DNA from: the human T2T-CHM13v2.0 reference genome, Homo sapiens
Reading direction: 5' to 3' (one strand)
DNA: 64,000 nt
Assembly (NCBI RefSeq): GCF_009914755.1
Contig: NC_060928.1
Part shown: one piece after another, positions 35,526 to 50,784 of the stretch
How positions within the stretch are numbered: the stretch's first letter is position 1
Layout: every line of letters starts with the position of its first letter
The notes under the pieces: model-generated
The model's database searches: none
Seen by the model: the letters and a program-made list of their open reading frames with translations, nothing else
Told to the model about the DNA's origin: nothing
Position numbers and translations under genes: made by a program

Positions 35526-37900
35526 CTTTGTGGTTTTATCTTCCTTTGGTCCTTGATGATGGTGACATACAGATGGGGTTTTGGTGTGGATGTCCTTTCT
35601 GTTTGTTAGTTTTCCTTCTAACAGTCAGGGCCCTCAGCTGCAGGTCTGTTGGAGTTTACTGGAGGTCTACTCCAGACACTATTTGCCTGGGTATCAGCAG
35701 CGGTGGCTGCAGAACAGTGGATATTGGTGAACTGCAAATGCTGCTGCCTGATCGTTCCTCTGGAAGTTTTGACTCAGATTGGTACCCGGGCATGTGAGAT
35801 GTCAGTCTGCCTCTACTTGGGGGTGCCTCCCAGTTAGGCTACTCAGGGGTCAGGAACCCACTTGAGGAGGCTGTCTGCCCGTTCTCAGATCTCAAGCTGC
35901 ATGCTGGGAGAACCACTACTCTCTTCAAAGCTGTCAGACAGGGATATTTAAGTCTGCAGAGGGTATTGCTGTCTTTTGTTTGTCTGTGTCCTGCCCCCAG
36001 AGGTGGAACCTACAGAGGCAGGCTGGCCTCCTTGAGCTGTGTTAGGCTCCACCAATTTCGAACTTCCTGGCTGCTTTGTTTACTTACTCAAGCCTGAGCA
36101 ATGGTGGGCGCCCCTCCCCCAGCCCCACTGTAACCTTGCAGTTTGATCTCAGACTGTTGTGCTAGCAAACAGCTAGGCTCCGTGGGTGTAGGATCCTCCA
36201 AGCCAGGTGCTGGATACAATCTCCTGGTGTGCCATTTGATAAGCCTGTTGGAAAAGCGCAGTATTAGGGTGGGAGTGACCTGATTTTCCAGGTGCCATCT
36301 GTCACCCCTTTCTTTGACTAGGAAAGGGAATTCCCTGACCCATTGTGCTTCCCAGGTGAGGTGATGCCTTTCCCTGCTTTGGCTCATGCATGGTGCGCTG
36401 CACCCACTGTCCAGCACTCCCCAGTGAGATGAACCTGGTACCTCAGTTGGAAATGCAGATATCACCTGTCTTCTGCATCACTCACGCTGGCAGCTGTAGA
36501 CTGGAGCTGTTCCTATTCGGCCATGTTGCCTCCATCCTCTAATTTTTAACTTTCAACTGATTAGATACATTTACCCTCTTCTGAATTTTAATTCCTGATG
36601 AAAAGATTGTGAAATCTCAAGAGGATAATGAATCAGCTTCTGATTATATTCTGGAATTACGATTTGATCACCCATCCAAGAATGCATATTCACTTTCCTT
36701 TACATTACACACGTGCATAATACCATGCTGAGTGATGCTGGAAAAAGTGAGTCTTCAGTAATGCCCTCATGAAATTACAGTCTCACTACACCGAAGTATT
36801 TTCTTTTTAACACTTTTTTTCTTTTCTGCTGTGAATATGTGCCTTCTAAGAGGTGAACAACTGGGAAAAACTGAAAAAGAACCTTCATCTAATTCAGTAA
36901 CTAGCTTTTGTATCTTCTAAGAATTTTTATCTCCAGAAAGCTCTAATCTTCATTCCTTTACAAGCTTTATTTCTCTCTCCTTTCCAACACCAGACTTTTC
37001 TCTGTTTGTTTTCTATAACTTTTTTAGAGATGCCTACAATAGAAAAAAACTATGACATATTCAATGCATCTGAAAAGTTTGCATTGCCATAGATAAGAAT
37101 GAATTATCTGTTTATAAAGAAAAAAACAATAAAAATATGAACCAAGAAAGCACAGAAGGTAGTAACCACATTTAGATGTTTATCATGGAATCATCTTTAT
37201 AATCCATCTGTTACAATTCCACAGAGCAAATTACAAGTAATTGTGAAGTTTCCCCTCATTTTATAGGTTTGGTCTTATAAGGCATACAACACAAATTTTA
37301 ATTACTTTTCTTTTTGGTATTTGGATCTTAATTTGGTGAAGTGGCCACTGGGTAGATGATGGAGCCTCTTGAGACATACAGTCTTCTTCTAGCTTTGTTG
37401 ATGTAAATATTACGGTGTAGTTTTCATTCACTTATTATTTTACAAGGCATGCTTCATTAAAAACATGTCAGCATCTCATTGACAAATCACAAAATTTAAA
37501 AGGCACAAGAAAAAAACAATTTATTTGAAACATTCCTGTGTAAAAGTAGTCACCACTCTTACTATTCTTCAAATATTTTTATTATATTTAAACACAAGCC
37601 TAGTTTTATCTTGAGTGTCTCACCTTGGTGATATTGTACACTTTAAACTTAGAAAAAGTTGAACTCTATTGGAAATTTCCTACAGATCAGCTTTTCTAGA
37701 TGCCAAGCACCTTGTTTCAGCTGTGGTGATGACAGCAAATTGGGTTCTCAGGGATTCTGGCCTCTGGCATCATCTCAGTTGTTTATAATTGAAGTTGGCT
37801 CTGATGAGAACTCAGCTTAGATGCATGGTTGGACTGCTGGGCTTAAGGCTGGCCTGCCAGGAGGTTGCATTGAGGTGTAACTAGGCAAAGAAAGAAGGAG

Positions 37901-38350
37901 TTTATTGAGGCACTACTGACAATAGCAAAGACTTGGAACCAACCCAAATGTCCAACAATGATAGACTGGATTAAGAAAATGTGGCACATATACACCATGG
38001 AATACTATGCAGCCATAAAAATGATGAGTTCATGTCCTTTGTAGGGACAAGGATGAAGCTGGAAACCATCATTCTCAGCAAACTATCACAAGGACAAAAA
38101 AACAAACACCACATGTTCTCACTCATAGGTGGGAATTAAACAATGAGTACACATGGACACAGGAAGGGGAACATCACACACCGGGGCCTGTTGTGGGGTG
38201 ATGGGCTAGGGAAGGAAAAGCATTAGGGGATATACCTAATGTAAATGACGAGTTAATGGGTGCAACACACCAACATGTCACATGTATACATATGTAATGA
38301 ACCTGCACGTTGTGCACATGTACCCTAGAACTTAAAGTAGAATAAAAAGA
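37901..38350 (+). mobile_element. 5'-truncated L1PA (~450 bp)
   Basis: L1 3' end sequence with TSD AAAGAAGGAG at 37891-37900 and 38351-38360. Confidence 0.93.
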
Positions 38351-39945
38351 AAAGAAGGAGGTTGGGCAAAATTACCAACAATCTTCAACTATGAATTTTT
38401 ATGAGTAGGGGCTTCCCACACCATCAAGCACTCCAAGTTGGAGAAACAAGGGATGTTGAATTGAAAGTTTAATTTTTTAGGCTTGATAGTCAGATTAGGG
38501 AAGTTTTGGGTACACCTTTCCCACTCTAGAGCCCTCTCCCTAACTCACGGCCAATTTGGGACATGGGCTCAATGGAAAAGAGTGCTGAGATCAATTAGAA
38601 ATATCCTTCATGAACATAGGAGGCAGGCATTCTGGCCAAGGGGTGCGTCTTCCCACTTTGTAATCCAGAGTGCGATTTCTTCTTGCTATCTGTCCCTCCG
38701 TAAATAAGCTTTGGGTGAAGGACAAGGTAGTTACAACTGAGGATGGAATGAGATTCTAGCAGAATTGCAAAATGAACTGAGAGCCACGAAAGTGTTCCTC
38801 TGTGAACCAGCAGAGAGATCTGTGGAAGTCAAAGGAAGAGGAACCAAGAGGCCAGATAATATTCCTGCTTCCCCTACATTGTGAGAGTGAAATTATCAGC
38901 AACGTATATCAGTAACTAACCAGAGGCTTTTTGGAGAGTAAGACTTCTGATAGATACCTCAATAGCTGAAGTTGCTCTTCAGTACTGCACATAACCTGTG
39001 GACAGATTTTCATCATTATTAATTCATTTATTCAACAGATAGATATTAAATTCAAGGCATAGTTCTAAACTATGCAGTCAATTACAAAAAAATAATGAAG
39101 GGCATTAGCTGTGCCTCATAGGACGTTAAAACTCTAGGTGCTGAATGAGACAAATAGGGTTCCCACATCAAGTGCCTGGGCTCCTGTTATAACCTGGACT
39201 GTGCTTCCAATGACTTCTCTTGTTTCTGTTTTGGTAAACCCATCATTTGGCTTAGTCCCTATCCTTGCCATGCTCACCCACCAGTAGGTGGACCTCCTTG
39301 ACCATAACTACAGGCATAGATCTTTGAGTTTCTTTTCAAATGTTTGCTTACTTTAGAGCTGCAGTCAAATGTTGTTTGGACCATAAGACTCTGAGGATGT
39401 GTGTGGTTGAAACTGTCTTGAGACTCAAAGAGCTATTGAGGAAGGGATTTGGTAGCTGAACTTTTTTGAAGTTTTTCTCTGTCTCTCACAATCTGGGTCT
39501 GAATAGCTTAATATATTGTTTAATTTCTACATCAATGATAGTTTAATAGGCATTCATGAAAATCAGTTCTGCTGGGAGTTTATTATCCTACTCCAATAGC
39601 AAGTAACGCATTCCTTAAATTTAGTGTACGTATAAATTCTACATGGTAAGTGAAGCTGTCTTTATGAATTGCTGCTATAGAATATACTAGATTGTGTAGG
39701 TTTTAGTACAATCCAGGTAATTATCAAGCCTTTGTAATATTTTCAGGAAAGTGATCCTTTCACTTCAGTTTATGGAACTTGGAAAGTTTTCGGTTGCCAC
39801 CCACTTGTTAGATCATAAACTTAATTCTATTTGTCTGAATTTATTTTTCTATTTATAAATTTATCTGGATGTTTTCTCAAAGGTTTCCCAGATTAAAAAC
39901 CTATGGCTTTGTAAAATTAAAACGGAAGTAATAAGAATTGTGTTA

Positions 39946-40280
<335 letters not shown>

Positions 40281-40339
40281 ACCAGAATCATACAATGAGA
40301 GAGATTGTATAGCCCTTTTAATTGTCCATAATGGATACA

Positions 40340-40412
40340 TTTCTTTTTCTGTGTAATAGTTTATCAGCATGAAAATTTTCTTTTTCTGCGTAATAGTTTA
40401 TCAGCATGAAAA
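40340..40412. repeat. 37-bp tandem duplication (2 copies)
   Basis: TTTCTTTTTCTGYGTAATAGTTTATCAGCATGAAAA at 40340 and 40377. Confidence 0.9.
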
Positions 40413-40427
40413 ACAAAGAGTCACTGA

Positions 40428-40727
<300 letters not shown>

Positions 40728-43700
40728 GTGATGATTTTCATTTAATGGTGTTCTACAAAGTGAGTTTAGGCAATGAAAGCGCACATGTCATCTATAGTTT
40801 ACCAGAAAGTAGTACTGGTCACCAGCATTGAAGCATACTCCTAACACTGGAAAATTTCTTCAGCAGCCAGAATTAATCTCAGATTTCGAGACTGGAGCAA
40901 AGACTAATTTGGTATGTGTTCATTCAGATTAGTAAATCTCCATGGTGTTTGAACTGTATAATATCAAATCTAAAATAAGTCAAAAGAGTTGAACAATATC
41001 TCATCTCTGAGAAAAAAATGCATTATTTTCAACAGATTTAAGACTGAATTTAAAATCCAACTGCCTATTCCAGTGTTTGTTTCTCTAGAATAAGGCCAAG
41101 CCCTACAAATTCTGGATAGTGTCCTCCAAGTTGTATTTAAGTGATAATTGATAAATCTATGGTTTAGATACATATGGAATTCCATATAACTCTAGCTCCA
41201 GCCTTTGTGAGTAAAAATTGGCAGTGATCATGGCCTTAATGGGGGCATGTGGTTAATTGGAATTTTCAGTACCAAAAGTCGTCTTCTTACTAGTTTATCA
41301 GGGTACCCTATAATAGTATCCATAACTCATTGCCCACTTGTCTGTTTTGATTTCTTTTTTAAAAAGACAATTTTAAACTTAGAGGATTTGTACCTCAAGT
41401 CACATATGTGGCACATTTATAAAATAATCATGCCTTTGCATATTTTTCCTTTGATAACTTAGCTATATATCCAAGCCATTTATGTTTTTTAATTGCCACA
41501 AATATTGCACTGAAATAGAGCACTAGTTGCAAAAATGCCTGGTGTAACATTTCTTCTTGTTCTTGAAAGTTATTTTAATACCCCATGTTTAAGATATTCC
41601 TAGACAACTATATGTAACTATAATTATTTCTGCTAGGTAGAAACATCTTTGTGGTCAACATTTGTGAAGTGCCTTGTAAATAAAAATATGCTTGAGTTGA
41701 AATAGTATTTTGCAAATATAGCCCTAAATAGAGCTACTGATTTTACCAAGAATTAAAGACTCCAAACTCTGTCTTTGTCTTTCAAATTAGGTTTATAGGA
41801 ACATCTCATTACAATGAGCCAAAAGCCTATCTGATCATTAATGAGATAATTTTGACACTTCAAATGACACAGTTAATTTGTAGTAGGTTTTTGAAGTGCA
41901 AATTACATGTTTCTGTTTAAATAATGACAGTAAAATATGGACACTATTCACACTCTATATACACAACTACAACTTGTCTCTAGAAGAAAAGTTTAATTTT
42001 TCAGGTCTCATCCACAAAATGAAGTGTTAATAAGCTGTATCTTTATTCTCATTTTTAAGTAATTTCTTCTTAACCATTGTATAACACTACCACAGTTTGT
42101 ATGGAGATAAAATAACTCATGGTGAGAAATCCAGTTCTTTAAAAATCATTTTACCTTCAATCACTTTTAGGATATCTATGGTTTTAGAGTAAGGACGAAA
42201 ATTTATAAACATTAGTTAAATTATGCAACTGTTTTTGAAGATGTTTCAAAATTACATTTTCCTTATTTTACAACTAGTTTTCATGTATTCACAAATGAGA
42301 CACATGAGAATTATTAATGCAAAAGCACAGCATATCAACAAAGTTTATAATGTAAATAGTTTAGTTAGGAAAGAATGTAATGAGTGAATTATCAAAGCTA
42401 TTTTATTGGTTCCTAGATTTACCATAGAAGAAAATAAAGCAGCCTTATAAAAATTTCTCAACACTGAGTCCATTTAAGGTCTATTTTGTATGCCGTAAGT
42501 TCTAAAAAATGTTATTGCCGGTAAAAATAGGATGCCTATCTAAAATTGTCTTTTTAAAGGTTCTCTCTTATTCTTCTTCCTTTCCTATGTGTGCACAGAA
42601 TACTGTCATCATCTTGATTGGAACACTGTCTCTCTTTCTCAGAGGGTATACATTTGTAGAAGGGAGAAAATATTTGTTAATTTTGCTTCCTATAAGATAA
42701 GGTCTCAATGGTTGAAGGTCAGTTAACAAACATTTTTTTTTGTCTTCATACTATTATCTTGGAATTACCAACTGGCTTCTATTTACATTTTGAATTATGA
42801 AAGAAAAGAACTAGCATTTGTTAGAACTTACTGTGTTCCAGGAACTTTATTGATACCATTTCTTCTCATTATCACATTTGTTCTTTCAATTAGTCTTATT
42901 TTTTTCCATCTTAATAAGGTGGGACCAGAGGTTTTGTAATATCCACTAACCCACTGTGGATTTCATGGCTTGCAAGAGGAAGAAAGCATGGTGGAACTCA
43001 GGTTTCTCTGATTGCAAATTCACATCCTTTCATGTCTCCATGAAAAATAGAAAGGATAAATTGGGCTCTATTCTAACAAGAGAAACACAATTTTCCGACA
43101 GTTAAATGAATAATTCTTAAACCTCAAAAATAAAACGTAGCAAAACCTCAATTCAAGAGTAGACATAAAGGTTGTGGCATGGGTAGAAGGGACTTATGTC
43201 TAGTGACATAGATTTGCTATGCATATCTGACCAAAAATCCCCCTCATGATTTTCAAATCAGATGCATAACTGCATTTAATGAGTTTCACGAATCATTAAT
43301 ATCAGGCTCTGAAAACAGGATCATTAAAAATGATTAAGATTTTCAACAACAAAGATTTTATCTAAATAGTAAGGAAATTATATTAGATGGCTCCATTCCC
43401 TGGGCAGTCTAGTTAATAATTCAACTTGTTCAAAGCTATAAAATATGGCAACTTAAAAAATTATGAAAGTTTTTCTAACTTTTTCTTAAGGTAGTTGGCC
43501 ATTCTTCCTCTTGGGAATAAGAAGGACAGATTTTCTGTCGAAGCATTTTGCTATTGCTTTTCAATTTCCATTTATGGAAAATAGATAATATAGCAATTTT
43601 TTAGTTATAAATTCAAAATGGAGATAATTAAGTATCTCCATTAATTAACTAAAGATTAATTTTTCAAAAAATAGCATTTACTAAATTCTAATCAATCGAT

Positions 43701-43845
43701 TGACTATTTTTATCCCTGGCTCAATGTAACTCTCTTTGACATATTCTTGTCTTAATTCTAGTTTATGTCAACAATGTGTAATCATAGATGACTCTTTGCC
43801 ATTTTGATCTCTCAGATCTATTAACACCTTTGATCTAACGATAAT

Positions 43846-44550
43846 GTTTTCCAACAGAGTTATTTCTACTCAAACTTCTGAGATGAAATTTGTGGATTTA
43901 TTCTCACCCCAATCAATTTTTCAACTCTCAGGACACCAAATGGTGTCCTACAATTCAATTCAATCCTGAGACTATCTATCTGGAGATAGCATCAGATCCC
44001 ACAAGTTCAGGGTTCAGGCCCACAAGACTGCCCCCCCCCACCATTAGAGAGGAGTTGTGGGCCTGTCATACTCCTGACCAACTGGCTATAAATTAGGACT
44101 TCCATGGATTCCTTTCCCAGGTTCTATAATTTGCTAAGATGGCTCACAGAACCCAAGAAAGCACTTTGCTTACAGTTACTGTCTGATACAAATCAGGAAC
44201 TGTCAAATAGAAGAGACACATAGGGCCAGGTATGGTGAAAAGGGGCACAAAGCTGCCATATGACCTCTAAGTATATCATTGTATCACCCTCCCAGCACCT
44301 CAGAGGTGATGGAGGAGAGGGCTGACAGTTTTAACCATCTAGTTATGCCTTCATGTTTCTGGTGTCAAGCACCCACCTTGAAGCCATATGGGTCTCCAGC
44401 CACCACTCATGTCATGTCAATAGCATAAACTCAGGTATGGCTAAGAGGGACTTATGACTAGTAAAGGATGGTCCTCTCATCTCTATCAGGAAATTTCAAG
44501 TTTTAGGAGCTCTGTACTGTGAACCGGGGAGGAAGACCAAATAAGACATA
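43846..44550. mobile_element. MER21-like LTR
   Basis: GGTGTCCTACAATTCAATTCAATCCTGA...CTGGAGATAGCATCAGATCCCACAAGTT...GGCTATAAATT. Confidence 0.7.
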
Positions 44551-44557
44551 CACTAGA

Positions 44558-44750
44558 CCAGTTGTGCTAACTACTGTGTGCCTCAAAATTGCCTACAGTT
44601 GTGTTACAATAAGAGATTGCTGAGACCTGCTATTGGAATTTCAGATTTGGAAGATCTGGGGGTGTAACCTGAGAATATGCAGTTCTAGTAAGTTCCCAGG
44701 TGATGCTGTTGCTGCTAGCACAGGGACCACACTTCCAGAGGGACTGAGTG
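44558..44750. mobile_element. MER5A-like hAT MITE
   Basis: CTGAGAATATGCAGTTCTAGTAAGTTCCCAGGTGATGCTGTTGCTGCT...GGGACCACACTT. Confidence 0.7.
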
Positions 44751-46317
44751 AAGCATCGTCGTTACTTATAATAACAACTCCTCTGTAGTCACAATTTCAT
44801 TCATCCCATTCTCTGAACTCCTCCTTTAATCATTCCCTTTCATACGCTGACATAAAATTTTTCAATCTCTCTGAGACCTCCAAACTATTATTTTATCATA
44901 TTCATAATGACCCTTACCTACTGATGTACTCTATTTCCTGTTCTCCTGCCTAAATTCCGTGGCCAACCATTCCCAGGAAACTTCAACTTCCTTGTTTCTC
45001 TTTCACTTTGCTGAATCTAACCAGGAAAATAACCCTGGTTAGATCCAAATTTCCACCAAATCCCCACATATATTTGAGCAACTAGCTATATGGATCAAAT
45101 TGAAAAATATCCCACTTGAAACTGAGAATCTGAGTGCCGCCTATCAATCAATCATACTACATATGTTCCAATCTATTCACTCTCTAATTTACCTAGTTTT
45201 GTATCTTATCCTGTCTCTAATCCCTAGCACTTCCCCAGAAATCCTCAATGTCTTTTTGGGTGTGCTTCCCTGAGAACATTGAATCATCCAAAGACAACTT
45301 CCCCAGATTCCTGAAACCATTTAAACTCACTTTCCCATGTCTACACCCACATACTCTCCATTTTCACCTATTATTATCTGTGAAATAACTGGCCCCTATC
45401 TGTATATTGTCTGATGATGATTTCTATATTACAGGTGAAGAAAATGAGAATAGGGTTAGAGCTACTTTCTCATTATAGCATAGCTTAGAATCAAATCCAC
45501 GCAGTCCACCACTGAAACTGGGGTTCCAAGTCAGTGTATTTGGAGAAGGAGAGCTAGTAGAAAAACAAGGATGAAAAGATCCAGGATGAAGTTTCTGATG
45601 GAAGAAAAGGACATTTTTACTATTATGAACTCCTTCAAGTAGACCTTAAGCATTCTCATCTAGACAAATATCCATTCATCCACTCCAGTGAGCTGATTAA
45701 GTTTTAGGATTTTAAGGGTCAGTGAACAATTATTACTCATTCAGCAATTAAAGAAGGATTAATATGAATATTATATTGGAGAAGTTTCATTTAAAACATA
45801 TTTGATTGATTTTTGGCAATTGTCTTCTATCAGATCATTACCAATCCATATGAGTTGGTAGGAAGGGAGAAAACCCAAAACTTAACCAGATGCCTGAAGT
45901 TAGGGAACATTTTATAACCAACCCAGGGGGAAAAATGCTCAAAAGGGGAAAGATGAGGACAGAAAATACATTTCAAAGATTTTAACTTTTTGACAAAATG
46001 TCAATTCTGTGCAAGAAAAACTGATTGTGTGAATATAACTTTGTCATTTACATCTGCCAATGTGTTCAGAAATATTTAATTTATAAGTTTTTTTAATAGT
46101 AGTTTGTTACCACAAAATTTATTCATCAAAGTATCTAAAACATTCTAAAAATACTAAAAATTTTCAATTTAAAGATTAAGCTAAACAGCTCTGTATATAT
46201 AAGTAAGCTCAAACAAACGTGCATGCTCCCCAACAATAACACTGCTACAGATATTGACTGGTGGTTTTGGTTTCATTTCATTTTATAATGGCAAATCTGG
46301 TTAAGACCCAGATTCTG

Positions 46318-46615
<298 letters not shown>

Positions 46616-46650
46616 CCCAGATTCTGAATTGAATCTCACAATAAGGATCT

Positions 46651-48453
46651 CAATTGCCTCAAAGAGAATAAAATACCTAGAAATCCAACTTACAAGGGAT
46701 GTGAAGGACCTCTTCAAGGAGAGCTACAAACCACTGCTCAATGAAATAAAAGAAGATACAAACAAATGTAAGAAACTTCCATGCTCATGGGTAGGAAGAA
46801 TCAATATTGTAAAAATGGCCATACTGCCCAAGGTAATTTATAGATTCAATGCCATCCCCATCAAGCTACCAATGACTGTCTTCACAGAATTGGAAAAAAC
46901 TACTTTAAAGTTCATATGGAACCAAAAAAGAGCCTGCATTGCCAAGTCAATCCTAAGCCAAAAGAACAAAGCTGGAGGTACGACGCTACCTGACTTCAAA
47001 CTATACTACAAGGCTACAGTGACCAAAAGAGCATGGTACTTGTACCAAAAGAGAGATAGAGGCCAATGGAATGGAACAGAGCCCTCAGAAATAATGCCGC
47101 ATATCTACAACTATCTGATCTTTGAGAAACCTGACAAAAACAAGAACTAGGGAAAGGATTCCCTATTTAATAAATGGTGCTGGGAAAACTGGCAAGCCAT
47201 ATGTAGAAAGCTGAAACTGGATCCCTTCCTTACACCTTATACAAAAATTAATTCAAGATGGATTAAAGACTTACATGTTAGACCTAAAATTATAAAAACC
47301 ATAGAAAAAAACTAGGCAATACCATTCAGGGCATAGGCACGGGCAAGGACTTCATGTCTAAAACACCAAAAGCAATGGCAACAAAAGCCAAAATTGACAA
47401 ATGGGATCTAATTAAACTAAAGAGCTTCTGCACAGCAAAAGAAACCACCATCAGAGTGAACAGGCAACATACAGAATGGGAGAAAAGTTTCACAACCTAC
47501 TCATCTGACAAACGGCTAATATCCAGAATCTACAATGAACTCAAACAAATTTACAAGAAAAAAACAACCCCATCAAAAAGTGGGAGAAGGATATGAACAG
47601 ACACTTCTAAAAAGAAGACATTTATGCAGCCAAAAAACACAAGAAAAAATGCTGTCACTGCCCATCAGAGAAAAGCAAATCAAAACCACAATGAGATACC
47701 ATCTCACACCAGTTAGAATGGCAATCATTAAAAAGTCAGGAAACAACAGGTGCTGGAGAGGATGTGGAGAAATAGGAAAACTTTCACACTGTTGATGGGA
47801 CTGTGAACTATTTCAACCATTGTGGAAGTCGGTGTGGTGATTCCTCAGGGATCTAGAACTAGAAATACCGTTTGACCCAGCCATCCCATTACTGGGTATG
47901 TACCCAAAGGATTATAAGTCATGCTGCTCTAAAGACACATGCACACATATGCTTATTGTGGCACTATTCACAATAGCAAAGACTTGGAACCAACCCAAAT
48001 GTCCAACGATGATAGACTGGATTAAGAAAATGTGGCACATATACAACATGCAATACTATGCAGCCATAAAAATGATGAGTTTATGTCCTTTGTAGGGACA
48101 TGGATGAAGCTGGAAACCATCATTCTCAGTAAACTATCACAAGGATGAAAAGCCAAACACCACATGTTCTCACTCATAGGTGGGAATTGAACAATGAGAA
48201 CACATGGACACAGGAAGGGGAACATCACACACTGGGAACTGTTGTGGGGTGGGGGGAGGGGGGAGGGATAGCATTAGGAGATACACCTAATGTAAATGAC
48301 GAGTTAATGGGTGCAGCACACCAACATGGCACATGTATACATATGTAACGAACCTGCACGTTGTGCACATGTACCCTAAAACTTAAAGTATAATAATAAT
48401 AATTTAAAAAAGAAATGAAAACATATGTCCACACACACAAAAAAAAAGAAAAA
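46651..48453 (+). mobile_element. 5'-truncated L1PA (~1.8 kb) with a double tail
   Basis: ORF2 C-terminal pieces (ORFs 46557-47150 and 47354-47596) plus the 3' UTR. TSD AATAAGGATCTCAA at 46640-46653 and AATAAGGTTCTCAA at 48454-48467. Confidence 0.93.
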
Positions 48454-50076
48454 AATAAGGTTCTCAAAGAGGTCAATATGTATATAATCTATTCTTAAAA
48501 AAATTTTCTCCAATTGTTTATTGAAATATCACACAGGCTCTGACTTTATTTATACCCTTAAGAAGTACGTAGATTTATGTGTAGCTTTTGTAAAGTGAAA
48601 ACTCAGAATGTCTACTCTGTTCTGGTACCACTTTAATTGTTGGAAAATATTTAATAAAAATGAATTACTCAACAAATGGAAAATTTGAACTTTGCATACT
48701 AAATTTTTACTTCTTATTATCAACTCTTGAAAAATAAGTGTGTCTGTTAGAAATGACACTCATTTGACTATACCATAATGTATTTCAGACTTTTTATCTT
48801 CAGCTACAGAATTTCTCCGTCCTTTGAATTATGTTAGCGGGCTTTATTTGGCCAGTATTGGTGATCCACCTCCACTAATTCGCAACTCTATTATCTTACC
48901 CCCAGGGATGCATTTCCATAGTTCTGCCTTGTTATGAGTGTCATTTTTTTCTTCTGTTTTGTTGACTGCCATTCAAGTAGTTTTGGCTTTATCAGAGATT
49001 TTCACTTTATTGTTTATCACCTCCTCATTTTTTTTAGCTTCTCATAATTTACTGTATTATATCTACCTGGGCTTTTGGTTCCTTTACAGATTTGTTTCAT
49101 TTTATTTTTAGCTTATGATACTTCTAAAGTCTGTACCCTTTTAATTTTCACTTGCTTCATCGTCACATTCTTGTGTTTTGTTTTTATTTCAAAATACCAG
49201 AAAGTAGGATGTCTCAGCATCTTGGTGAGTGGAATAGTTTATTTATAATCCAAAAAAACCCCATACTTTTTGTGAGCTATCTGCTTCTGAGTAAAAATTT
49301 TATATAAAAATTCTTGAAAAAAAATCTTAAACTTCTGAAGGATTGAATGAGATTTTAAAAATCATTCTATACAACAGGTGCAAAATTTTTATTCCTCTAC
49401 TCAAGAGAAATAATGAACATTTGTTATTCCTTTACTAACATCTAAATGTTAATGTATTCAATTATACATTATTAAAACACGATTAAGCTTAAGAGGTGGA
49501 AAAGTATAAAACAAACAAGTGTATAATTTACCTTTATTAATATGAAACATCTTTTTCTCTCCTGAAAATAAAGATTAACCAGTGGTGTGCTGAGGCGGGA
49601 GGGGGTGTGTTGGAGGGAGAAAAGCCATGATTTACCAATTTCAGCACAAAAATGAAAATGGTTATTAATCTTTACTAGCTCCAGAAATCTTTTAACACAT
49701 ATTGAAATCTATTGCCCTTAAAAAGAAAACATATATATAGATTTTTACAAAACTTTGCAGTTCCACTCATGGATCCCTGTGTAAGAATCGCTTTTCTATG
49801 TGTGTTTGCAATTTCAAGAGTTCAGACTTTATGATTCACAGGTGACAACTCATGATTTAATCTGAACACTTAGGCTTTTATAATTTGGGAGTCAGGTGTT
49901 TAACTGCTGTAGTAGTAACTGCTTCTTCTCAGAGAAACTTAGTAGCTAAGACCAGGAAAATATCCCTTGGTGTGCAACACACCTCTTCTTTCTGAACGTA
50001 CCGTATAAGACGCTAACTTTGTCTCAAAGTTTATATGACTTTTGCATTTGCATTACTAGCTATTTTCTTTTGGAAC

Positions 50077-50784
50077 TGTAGGACTTGGAGACCTTTCCCT
50101 CTACCCTCTGAAGGTATGATAACTGAGTCTATTGAATAAATGGATAACAGGCATGTCAAAAGAAGAAAATGTGTACACATTTATTACACGCATGGGGGAA
50201 TCACAGGAAAGAAAAGTGGAATCAAAAACAAAACAAAACAAAACAAACAAAACACCACCAAGAAAAAACCCCAGTGAGATTTAGGAGCTTGTAGGGAAGG
50301 CAGGAGGAAGAATGTAGGAAACTTAAGGGAGAGCAAATGACTTTTGGGAAAGATGACCAGACCCCTAGGAGCATAGATGATAGTTTGTGGCAGTGTGCCT
50401 TGGTGTGGAATGGACTCTTAGTCTTGTCTCCTGTGATATGAGGAGTCAATTTTCCCTGGCTGATGAAACTCCTAGGAAGGAGATGAATGTCTTTGTGCTG
50501 ACAAGACAGTATCTTGAAGCTTTGTTTTCCAATTCAGTTCTAAATCTGCAGTGTATAAAAATCTCCTCATCATGCTTTGGATGTTATGGTAGATAAATGG
50601 TATCTTTACAAAGATACATTCATTCTGGTATTGAAAATTCCTTTTGGAGGATCTCTCTTGAGGAACGTAAAGGGAGTGCAGAGAAAGCATGTTCCACAGT
50701 TGTTATTTTTCAAATATTTTCAGTTCAATGTAATCAGTACACCAAAGCAATCCATTTAGGACTGGCATTTCCTGAACACCTTCA
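50077..50784 (-). mobile_element. ERV1 LTR (MER34/MER4-group-like) containing (CAAAA)n
   Basis: TGTAGG...TTTCCCTCTACCCTCTGAAG start and GGCATTTCCTGAACACCTTCA end resemble antisense MER34-family LTRs. Confidence 0.5.
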
